Of a DNA stretch of 63,447 bases, positions 56,181 to 63,447 are shown piece by piece. The first letter of the stretch is position 1. Every line of letters starts with the position of its first letter. Where the stretch lies: positions 1 to 63,447 of IMG/VR virus record IMGVR_UViG_3300049896_000002; one strand, given 5' to 3'. Origin of the DNA: a virus. Its lineage: Duplodnaviria > Caudoviricetes. A program made the translations under genes and the position numbers. The notes under the pieces were generated by a model that saw only the letters and a program-made list of their open reading frames with translations, ran no database searches and was not told the DNA's origin.

Positions 56181-56687
56181 TCACCGCCTCGAAGCGTCTC
56201 TCGTTCCCTTCTTTGTTAACCAGCCGTACTGACCACTCAAGGCGTGGCGCGTCCAGCGTAAAAGCCTGCCGTAGCGCAATGTCGGATCTAAAGCATAGGC
56301 CCTTTCATCGTTCTCATAGATCACGGCTAGAGCTACGAGTCGAGGGACGCCGAGACTTTCCGCCAGATCCAGCGTTACCTCTTGAACTTCATCGGGCAGG
56401 ATTACACCATCGGCAAGTGGTTCATCGACAGGCGTGTCTCCCCAGTTCACGCGCGGATTCTCTCTACCTTTGAATTTAGCAAGTGCGCCGATAGCACAGA
56501 CCTCCCCTTGCGCGTTTTCCAGCTCATCGACAATCAGCTTTTTCTCAGGAAGGGCAAGTAGCGCCTGCTCTAGTTCCCGTAACGCGGCTTGGCCTTTTCG
56601 ACCGCGTATCGCACGCTCTTGATTTGCCTCCCAAAGCAGCGACTGATTATTAAAATCTTCATCTTCGCAGTAGTTGATTCTGCTCAT
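56181..56687 (-). CDS. Phage hypothetical protein
   Basis: AIRGRKGQAALRELEQALLALPEKKL..CAIGA..YENDE. Confidence 0.75.
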   Translation of the reverse strand: MSRINYCEDEDFNNQSLLWEANQERAIRGRKGQAALRELEQALLALPEKKLIVDELENAQGEVCAIGALAKFKGRENPRVNWGDTPVDEPLADGVILPDEVQEVTLDLAESLGVPRLVALAVIYENDERAYALDPTLRYGRLLRWTRHALSGQYGWLTKKGTRDASRR

Positions 56688-57093
56688 AGCGATTTACCTC
56701 ACGTAGAAAACAGGAAAGACGCCCTCCCAAGCAATCAGTCAAGCGTCTCTCCCGCTTCTAACTCCGCGTCAGGGTCCTAATCAACGCAGAGTGTTCTCAG
56801 TTCTAAATCAACCTTTACAACCAGATCGCTCTTTTCCTTTCTGTAGATTTTACCCTGCTTGTTCACACTATCAAGATCTTTGCGCGGGGTCGGGCTTGAT
56901 ACCGACTTCCAAGCGTACAGGTCAGATACGGCCAAAGGCTCAGCTAAAAACCTACGCCGGAGAGTGCTGTATTAGTTCTGCTCCCATGTCCTTCCACAGT
57001 GCCCGCGCAAACCTTAAGTTATCACAATGTGCGGGTTAGCCTTCCTCCTGCTTCCCGCGCCCGGACCAATCAAGGCATGCCGCTGCCAGTCCG
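56688..57093 (-). ncRNA. Candidate large structured non-coding RNA
   Basis: ~400-nt gap in a packed operon with several long stems whose G-U pairs favour the minus strand. Confidence 0.45.
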
Positions 57094-57606
57094 TCACGAC
57101 CACCTGACACGTTGATAGAAATCAACCCACAGTTCAATAGCCTTCGTCACAGGTAGTCGCAACGCCAGTAGGTTATCCTTCTTAGTTCGTCCAGCGAACT
57201 CGAATCCCGCTATGAGGTAACAGCGGCCAAAGTTCTCTTTATCCCTGACCTTGCGCTCATCGATAAACGTTACCATACCGAGACGGGGAAGATCGCCTAC
57301 CGCCCATGACGGTGTGTCGAAACTATACTGGACGGTTCGGGCTACCGCTTCCCGAATGAGATCCGATGCTAGTGGCCCACGCTCACGCCGAAATGCACTG
57401 CATACCCACGCTCCGGCCCACTCATGCTTGACGTAGCGCGCAAACGGGAACGACGTAACCCAGTAGCAGCCTTTGCGCTTCAAGACCATACAACGACCGG
57501 GAGGAACGAACTGCGGCGTACCCGGCTTCTGGCGATTGTAATGATTATCGGCGACTACTCGCGCTTCAGGATCAGCTCGGTGCGAGAGCTGCCACAACTG
57601 CCTCAT
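57094..57606 (-). CDS. Mom-like / GNAT-fold putative DNA modification protein
   Basis: ADNHYNRQ..FVPPGR..CSAFRRE..LASDLIREAV..TFID..GRCYLIAGF. Confidence 0.55.
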   Translation of the reverse strand: MRQLWQLSHRADPEARVVADNHYNRQKPGTPQFVPPGRCMVLKRKGCYWVTSFPFARYVKHEWAGAWVCSAFRRERGPLASDLIREAVARTVQYSFDTPSWAVGDLPRLGMVTFIDERKVRDKENFGRCYLIAGFEFAGRTKKDNLLALRLPVTKAIELWVDFYQRVRWS

Positions 57607-57806
57607 CTTGTCATCGCCTCCCGATCCTGCACCTTGGGCATGATCTCGCACAACTTTCGTTGCAACACCGAGATCGTGAGCATCACCTCCTGCCGCTCAA
57701 TCGGAGTGAGAAACTTGAACGTGCTGGTGAACGGATCGAATACTGCAAGATGCAGGTAGAATCCAAGCAGGAAGTCGTATTCAGTTTTAGCGCTGTTGAT
57801 GTCCAT
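57603..57806 (-). CDS. Hypothetical protein
   Basis: Operon packing. Confidence 0.5.
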   Translation of the reverse strand: MDINSAKTEYDFLLGFYLHLAVFDPFTSTFKFLTPIERQEVMLTISVLQRKLCEIMPKVQDREAMTR

Positions 57807-58047
57807 TGGGGTTACCTCTGATGGTTGCTGCGATTACCTTAACCGTCAGCGTCTGACAATCGCCCGCCGCGCTGCTACACCATGGGCCATGGCCTTCGTG
57901 CGCTTCCGCGATCAATGCTGCCCGTTCGTCACGAGCCTTAATCAACAACTCAATCGCGTCAAGTGGACTTGCATAGATTTCCCACTTTTCCAGAAATAGT
58001 TTCGCAATCTCTCTTGGGGACTTTTCAGTTTCTGTCTTTGTGTCCAT
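57787..58047 (-). CDS. Hypothetical protein
   Basis: ERAALIAE..IAATIRG; SD GGAGAG. Confidence 0.6.
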   Translation of the reverse strand: MDTKTETEKSPREIAKLFLEKWEIYASPLDAIELLIKARDERAALIAEAHEGHGPWCSSAAGDCQTLTVKVIAATIRGNPNGHQQR

Positions 58048-58321
58048 TTACACTCTCTCCAAATTGAGCTTTAATTGCACGTAGCTGACTGATCACCGAT
58101 TCAAATTGCTTCGCATCAACCCGCATGGTCAGCATCTTCTCGTACTCCTCCGCGAGCACTTCGTAAGTCGTGAAATGGAACTTGCATGACTTGCACTGGT
58201 TGCGCCGCCGCCGCGCCGCCCCGCCATCGCGTATATTCGTGTCGATGACGTGCGCTCGCGCATGGCCGCATTGCGGGCACGAGAGGCCGACGTAGCCACG
58301 GTTGTCAGGGAAGGTGGTCAT
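58025..58321 (-). CDS. NrdR-like N-terminal zinc ribbon without ATP cone
   Basis: CPQCG..VIDT..RRRRNQCKSCKFHFTTYE. Confidence 0.75.
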   Translation of the reverse strand: MTTFPDNRGYVGLSCPQCGHARAHVIDTNIRDGGAARRRRNQCKSCKFHFTTYEVLAEEYEKMLTMRVDAKQFESVISQLRAIKAQFGESVNGHKDRN

Positions 58322-58563
58322 TAATCCTGAAAGTGGCAGCACTGCTCACTGTCGGCGCGTAGATCAGTCTTAAATGTATTGCCGGTGTCCCAGCTACGGA
58401 TTAGACCGCGCAACATGAGTGCTTGCTCTTTAGTGCAAGCACCGCTAATCGAAGAACTGCCCCGATCTGTTTCGGCGTATTTTCCATCGACGGCAATCCG
58501 AAATAGATGTAACCTTTCCCGCTTAGCGGTCTCTCGGTCTTGTCTGTCTACCGTTACGTTCAT
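58321..58563 (-). CDS. Hypothetical protein
   Basis: SD GAGG. Confidence 0.55.
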   Translation of the reverse strand: MNVTVDRQDRETAKRERLHLFRIAVDGKYAETDRGSSSISGACTKEQALMLRGLIRSWDTGNTFKTDLRADSEQCCHFQD

Positions 58564-58575
58564 CGCCTCTCCCCT

Positions 58576-58806
58576 TCAGCTAATATCATCACTGCCGACG
58601 TCACACTCCCATTCAATAATCTTCACTTCGCCGTTATCGTCCACCGCCACGGTCTTAGTTCCGGCGCGTATCCCGTCCTCCGGTCGATGAAACCCGCCGC
58701 AGGAGCAAAAACCCTCGAAGACATCGTGACCCACTCGGCCCGAGTAAATGTCAGGCGTGGTGTTCTGATTCATTCGGTTCCCCTCTCGCAATGGTCTGAG
58801 CGGCAT
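58576..58806 (-). CDS. Hypothetical protein
   Basis: CSCGGFH; start uncertain. Confidence 0.5.
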   Translation of the reverse strand: MPLRPLREGNRMNQNTTPDIYSGRVGHDVFEGFCSCGGFHRPEDGIRAGTKTVAVDDNGEVKIIEWECDVGSDDIS

Positions 58807-59011
58807 TTAGCGCCGCTTCCTCTGCCGCGCATGCAACGCAAATGTCTTCGTAACGACCATTCGGTAATGGATTACAGTCAGCGGTCGAGTTGAGTACCTC
58901 GAAACACAGTGCGCAGATTAGACACTTCCCTGCCCAGTGCGGCGGATTTGCGCTCCACGAAACACCATGCATAAGGCAGACGAGGTCGATGTAGTTAATT
59001 GTCTCACTCAT
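58751..59011 (-). CDS. Cys-rich hypothetical protein
   Basis: CLMH..CLICALC..CVAC. Confidence 0.6.
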   Translation of the reverse strand: MSETINYIDLVCLMHGVSWSANPPHWAGKCLICALCFEVLNSTADCNPLPNGRYEDICVACAAEEAALNAAQTIARGEPNESEHHA

Positions 59012-59264
59012 TCCCGCCTCCCGCTACAGCGTGCGCAGCGTCCTTATCAGGCTCCCAGAAGTCCATGTGATAAATTCGTGGACTGCGTTCACCGTCGCGT
59101 ACGACTGATACCAGCAGTGACGGATCTTGAGCGAAAGCGCTGGACGGGAAGCCCGTTACCCGCGCGTACCGGCGCTTAGGTTTGAAGTTGTCCAAAAACT
59201 TATCTTGGCCTTCTCTGGTCATTCTGACACGCTGGCCGATTTTAAACTTCTCCATTGCTGTCAT
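59004..59264 (-). CDS. Small SH3/KOW-like protein
   Basis: KFKIGQRVR..YHMDFWE. Confidence 0.65.
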   Translation of the reverse strand: MTAMEKFKIGQRVRMTREGQDKFLDNFKPKRRYARVTGFPSSAFAQDPSLLVSVVRDGERSPRIYHMDFWEPDKDAAHAVAGGGNE

Positions 59265-59265
59265 C

Positions 59266-59916
59266 TCAATCTCCTCTGCTTGCTTCGAGGGCTACACTGG
59301 AAACGCCTTCCGGCAGCGTCCCTGAATTCGGAGTAATGGAATCTCCCGCGCCGTTCACTGGCGATGATTGCTGAGCACTTGCCGCATCGCCGACGAAAGG
59401 GTGAGCCAGTACGTAGGGGGCGCCCTCAGCGTGAATCGCGTCGGATTCCGATTCCCTGCAAATCGTGTGGTTGGGATATTCGTGCCTGCAGCGCGGCAAC
59501 CCCGCATGTTTCTTCGTGCTCGACTTCTTCCTCGCACCAGACGTAATAAATGCATGGGCAAACACGTCGTCATTGTCTTCGGCATGGATCGGATCTGTAT
59601 TAGGTTGTCCGCAGAAGCGATTGTCGGGATACTCGTGAGCGCACTGGTCCTTACCGCGGCTCGGACTATCCTTCGAGGCGCGAGACGTGCCGCCGTTCGA
59701 CTTCGTTGTGGACTGACGCGGCTGCGGGGTGAGTGATTCCGCGGTTTGCCTACGCAACTTCTCCAGCGCGTGCTCAACTGCGTACAGTGAGCTAAGATCA
59801 CTGCGATGGACCTCTATCTCAGCTTCGGCTGTAGCAATGTCGGCCTTGACACTGGCAATCTCCTTGTCGATTCCCTCAAGGATTACGTCGCGCTTCGTTG
59901 TTCTATTTCGTCCCAT
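59266..59916 (-). CDS. Coiled-coil protein with two C-C-H-H repeats
   Basis: CAHEYPDNRFC..IHAE..AHAF and CRHEYPNHTIC..IHAE..AHPF. Confidence 0.7.
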   Translation of the reverse strand: MGRNRTTKRDVILEGIDKEIASVKADIATAEAEIEVHRSDLSSLYAVEHALEKLRRQTAESLTPQPRQSTTKSNGGTSRASKDSPSRGKDQCAHEYPDNRFCGQPNTDPIHAEDNDDVFAHAFITSGARKKSSTKKHAGLPRCRHEYPNHTICRESESDAIHAEGAPYVLAHPFVGDAASAQQSSPVNGAGDSITPNSGTLPEGVSSVALEASRGD

Positions 59917-59919
59917 CCG

Positions 59920-60396
59920 TCAATCCTCAACTTTCTCATAAGTAGCCGCGAACACGTCAGGCTTACACGGATAAAAGTGCTCGCCGTCAGACTCAGGTAT
60001 TACCCAATCGCCGTCTACCAGATCTACGATTTGCTCTTGATGAATTGTATGCAGGTGTGGAAACTGAGAACCAGAGCAGCCCTTAAAGCAAACGCCACGC
60101 GGAAACGAGTCAATCCATTCGGATGTATCCTGTCCGATTCGTGCGCCATGAAACTGTTCAGCTTCGATTACGACAGGCTTCTTACGATATTTTCCCATTC
60201 CCGCTCCCTTCTCAATTCTGAATGTCAGTAGGTTGTCCACTGGCCCTTGACGATTTTTTAGCCATTGGAGGAACGTTTCAAATCGCCATTCGTACCCCAT
60301 TACCGACGAACTATCCGGCGCGCGCTCGTCAATGAACTCTCGCATGTAGTTGCGTAGTTGGTCCAAGTCGATTGCAATAGCTAGATTGGTGGTCAT
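59920..60396 (-). CDS. Phage protein with YRKKPVVIEA / YPCKPDVF domain
   Basis: Recognisable phage domain in C-terminal part; likely internal start at MGKYRKK. Confidence 0.75.
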   Translation of the reverse strand: MTTNLAIAIDLDQLRNYMREFIDERAPDSSSVMGYEWRFETFLQWLKNRQGPVDNLLTFRIEKGAGMGKYRKKPVVIEAEQFHGARIGQDTSEWIDSFPRGVCFKGCSGSQFPHLHTIHQEQIVDLVDGDWVIPESDGEHFYPCKPDVFAATYEKVED

Positions 60397-60833
60397 CTTG
60401 TTTGCTCTCGCACGTCGAAGTAGTCTACTCGCTCAAATCGCATACTCAGTGCCATAGGTATCAACCACTTTAGATTCGGAATAACGTCAAACGGCAACGC
60501 GAAGGCGCTGACTATTACAGGCTTTTCATCAGTTGTCGCTTGAGCTTTACCGATTAGTCCAATGGCAGAAAGGAAGTGGATTCGCCAGCCACGCTCATCG
60601 CTAAGCACGCAGAATTCACACCATGAATCACATTCCAGACCAGTCTCTTCAAGAAACTCACGGCGCATTGCCTGTTGTACGTCTTCACCATCTTCGACTC
60701 GCCCGCCAATCCCATTCAGCTTTCCTTCTTGCCATGTTGGACGATTCTTGCGAAGAAGTAACACTGCGTTTTCAGCAGAGTTGAACATAAAGCCTACTAC
60801 ATAAACTGCGCCCGCTACTGTTTCAGCCATCAC
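60393..60833 (-). CDS. Nudix hydrolase
   Basis: Nudix box GRVEDGEDVQQAMRREFLEETGL. Confidence 0.9.
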   Translation of the reverse strand: MMAETVAGAVYVVGFMFNSAENAVLLLRKNRPTWQEGKLNGIGGRVEDGEDVQQAMRREFLEETGLECDSWCEFCVLSDERGWRIHFLSAIGLIGKAQATTDEKPVIVSAFALPFDVIPNLKWLIPMALSMRFERVDYFDVREQTR

Positions 60834-63253
60834 CCTGCCACCCCACTAAACAGCGTCGTCTGTTCCATTGCGGCCTCAGCGTTGCGCAGGTTGGCGCAAG
60901 CCTGCTTGAAGTATGATTCTTTCAGCTCATGGCCTAGAAACCTTCGTCCCATTTGTACCGCGCGATAACCTTCGCTCCCAATTCCGGCAAACGGGGAATA
61001 GACCAGATCGCCAGGGTTAGACCACAGCTGAATGCCGCGTTCGATCACTTGCAGCTGAAGTGGCGCGATGTGGCGCTCGTCAGCTTGCTCTCTCGCTGAT
61101 TCTCGTTGCAGCGTGTCGCTCGGATTAATGTCCATCCAGACAGGAGAGGCATAGCGTTGCCAGATATCGATGCTGGTTCGCGTGGCGCCTGATCCGGCTA
61201 CCACCTGATCCGAGTATGCGTTTAGCGGTGACTTGACCGTGTCATCGCGGCGGACAATGAAGCCATCTCCGGCATAGCGGTCTAATGGTCCAGCAACGCG
61301 CTCCGGGTTCTCACCCGGCTTACGCATCGTCACTAGATAGTCTGGTATCCCCTGGCGGCTCATACACGAATCTTTAACCAACTGTTTATGCAGCAACCCT
61401 AACGCCTTGGTGCGTTGCATTGCAGTTACGGGATCTTTCCAGATCACGGCCTCGCTGTGGTAAATGAACCCACCTGAGCGTAGCGAGGCGTCAACCAGCG
61501 CGGCGTCAATCTCAGACGTGTCACGTTCTAGTCGTTGCAGTATCCGCTTAGATTCATGGAGTGCCGCGGCCTCGCTACCACAAAACATTCGAATCAAATT
61601 ACCGCGAAAGTCAGTCTGCCCAATTACTCCATCACGCTCCTTGCTCGTAGGGAGGTTCATGCAGTGAAACGAAAGCAGTCGCCCCGACATCAGCACGCGA
61701 TACAGTTCTTCTACTAAGAAAGAGAAGTGATCATAGAACTCCGTGTGAGTGCGAGCGTTGCCCATGTCCCGTTCTGAAGCCGAGTAGGTATAAAGGCTGG
61801 CGAAAGGTGGCGAGAAAATAGAGTAGTGGATGCTATTACTAGCAACTTCTTTGATTCCCTCAACACAATCCCCTAACCGCATCTCCCATCGCTCACCCTT
61901 AGCAACCGCAGTCTTGTAAGTGTCCGCCGTCCTCACTGTCCCACTATGCACTGCCTCAGTGTTATATACACTCATATGTTTCACCATTTCCTTCGCCATC
62001 TTCGCGGCATCGGCTTCCTTGCGTTGAATGTTGCGGACCACTGCGCCCTCGGCTTCTGACGTGATGACGTGGCAATTGACTTCGTTCTTCTGCCCAAATC
62101 TCCAGCAGCGACGAACACCCTGATACAACTCTTCGAACGAGTCTGAGATACCAAGAAACGCAACGTTGTGACATTGTTGTAAATTTAGCCCCCAGCCAAA
62201 GATCGACACCTTGCTGATTAGAATGCGCTTGTCTTTATTCAGCCATTGAGCCAGCCGTGACTCTTTCTCGGTGTCCGACAGTGAGCCGTAAATTGACACG
62301 CATTCATCGCCACAGAGTTTAGCGAGCGTGTCCTGTTCCACATTCAATCCACACCACACAACCCACTGAGAGTCATCAGCTTTGATTAACTCGCTCAGTA
62401 GTTGCACTCGTTCTGCGATACTATCGCGCCGTGCGCCACGTCGCTCGATTAGTGTCTGTGCTTCAACTGGAAACAGGAACCCGTCAAGATTCTTCTCAGC
62501 TTTAACAACGTGATGATGGTAGTTGAGTGTCGGCAGAATAAAGCCATCGTCATCGTACCCGAGATCGGAAGGTCGCCGCATCATCACGGCCCACTGACAC
62601 ATCCATTTCCAGTACTCCTCTTGCGCGTGGCCCTTTAATCTCCACTTGGACGTGTCACCGCCATCATGCACGAAGAACGTTGACAGCATCTCGGTGCGTG
62701 TCAGTACGCCTAAAAACTCGCTATGGTTGCCTAGTTCCATCCTGTCATTTGGCGCAGGAGTAGCCGAACAGCACAGCTTCATCGGCGTGTGCGCGAATGC
62801 CTCAATTAGCAGGTTGCGCGTTACGCTGGTGAAATTTTTCAGGCATCCTGATTCATCGAGAATGATGCCGGGGAACACGGACGGATCGAAGTGGTGCAGC
62901 TTCTCATAATTCGTGATGTAGATCCCCGGCCCGTCAACTTCCGCCTGTGACACAACTACGCGGCAGGGGATGTCGAACTTCTCACCCTCACGAGCTGTTT
63001 GATGCGAGACTGACAGTGGCGCGAGAATCAGCACAGGCGCGTTAACGTGTTGGGCTACATGCTCAGCCCAGGACAACTCCATCAAACTCTTGCCAAGGCC
63101 GCAGTCGGCCCAAATCGCTGCCTTACCAATACGCAGGGACCAGCGGACCAGGTCGCGTTGAAAGGGAAACAGATGCGGGTTAGCAGGCTCAACTTCAAAC
63201 CCGCTCGGCGCAATCGTAATGCGCTTGCTGTCTAGGAATTCAGCGTAGTCCAC
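60830..63253 (-). CDS. SF2 (SNF2-like) helicase fused to N4/N6 DNA methyltransferase
   Basis: ADCGLGKS, ILDESG, SATPAPND, RCWRFGQ; IFSPPF and PFAGIGS; GTG start after SD AGGAG. Confidence 0.9.
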   Translation of the reverse strand: MDYAEFLDSKRITIAPSGFEVEPANPHLFPFQRDLVRWSLRIGKAAIWADCGLGKSLMELSWAEHVAQHVNAPVLILAPLSVSHQTAREGEKFDIPCRVVVSQAEVDGPGIYITNYEKLHHFDPSVFPGIILDESGCLKNFTSVTRNLLIEAFAHTPMKLCCSATPAPNDRMELGNHSEFLGVLTRTEMLSTFFVHDGGDTSKWRLKGHAQEEYWKWMCQWAVMMRRPSDLGYDDDGFILPTLNYHHHVVKAEKNLDGFLFPVEAQTLIERRGARRDSIAERVQLLSELIKADDSQWVVWCGLNVEQDTLAKLCGDECVSIYGSLSDTEKESRLAQWLNKDKRILISKVSIFGWGLNLQQCHNVAFLGISDSFEELYQGVRRCWRFGQKNEVNCHVITSEAEGAVVRNIQRKEADAAKMAKEMVKHMSVYNTEAVHSGTVRTADTYKTAVAKGERWEMRLGDCVEGIKEVASNSIHYSIFSPPFASLYTYSASERDMGNARTHTEFYDHFSFLVEELYRVLMSGRLLSFHCMNLPTSKERDGVIGQTDFRGNLIRMFCGSEAAALHESKRILQRLERDTSEIDAALVDASLRSGGFIYHSEAVIWKDPVTAMQRTKALGLLHKQLVKDSCMSRQGIPDYLVTMRKPGENPERVAGPLDRYAGDGFIVRRDDTVKSPLNAYSDQVVAGSGATRTSIDIWQRYASPVWMDINPSDTLQRESAREQADERHIAPLQLQVIERGIQLWSNPGDLVYSPFAGIGSEGYRAVQMGRRFLGHELKESYFKQACANLRNAEAAMEQTTLFSGVAG

Positions 63254-63393
63254 ACGTTCTCCTAATAACCTGTAGCGCCACCCACGCACCGCTAAGCGAC
63301 CATGAATAAGCTAAAAATGTCCGGCCCTGATAGATCGCAAGCTCAAGGGCCGTGAGCCGTCATGGCAGGGATAACGCTGCGTGACAATGTAGA

Positions 63394-63447
63394 GTCGTTT
63401 GCGGCGTCTTACCAACGCAACTTAATAGTGTTAAATAAATACACGTA
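63394..63447. repeat. Right copy of 54-bp imperfect terminal direct repeat
   Basis: Five mismatches to 1-54. Confidence 0.9.

Noticed and set aside
56688-57093. tmRNA or RNase P RNA
   Set aside because: No tRNA-like acceptor/T-arm or ALAA-type tag; GAGGAAGGCU only loosely resembles GAGGAAAGUC and the matching 3' motif is absent
63410-63437. dif-like site (tagtgttaaat)
   Set aside because: Only the XerD-like arm resembles dif; no XerC arm; lies in coding sequence and differs in the left copy
63394-63447. DGR template/variable repeat pair with 1-54
   Set aside because: No reverse transcriptase; A-bias is on the non-coding strand; one mismatch is G/C; copies sit exactly at contig ends
1-63447. 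Stop-codon reassignment, tRNA genes, CRISPR arrays
   Set aside because: Core genes are intact in the standard code and end in all three stops; no cloverleaf or regular repeat-spacer pattern noticed by eye

Overview
The window looks like a complete, circularly permuted ~63.4 kb tailed-phage genome with a long non-contractile tail layout (tube, chaperones, 1368-aa tape measure, no sheath). The first and last 54 bp are an imperfect direct repeat, and the minus-strand early operon runs across the junction. Modules: (i) replication/recombination: beta-clamp, two RusA-like resolvases, SSB-like protein, Sak4-like ATPase, PD-(D/E)XK nuclease, primase-less D5-type helicase with an adjacent origin-like inverted repeat; (ii) dense minus-strand early operons of small Cys/His-rich proteins behind near-consensus sigma70-type promoters, each paired with a small DNA-binding protein; (iii) packaging, head and tail genes (17.2-45 kb); (iv) a beta-propeller/Ig protein; (v) a membrane-protein (lysis-like) cassette containing a stand-alone FixL-type PAS domain but no recognisable endolysin; (vi) DNA-modification genes (helicase-methyltransferase fusion, short C5-type methyltransferase, Mom-like protein) plus a Nudix hydrolase. 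I recognised no integrase, CI-type repressor, ParA/ParB, DNA polymerase, tRNA, CRISPR array or reverse transcriptase. Most notable: an orphan chromosomal-type parS site (22130-22145), the PAS sensor in the lysis-like cassette, a ~400-nt structured non-coding region (56688-57093), a UCC-UUU-CGU +1 frameshift in the tail chaperone, and a signal-peptide-bearing fibre-like gene right after the major capsid gene. All product calls rest on motif recognition by eye; no searches were run.
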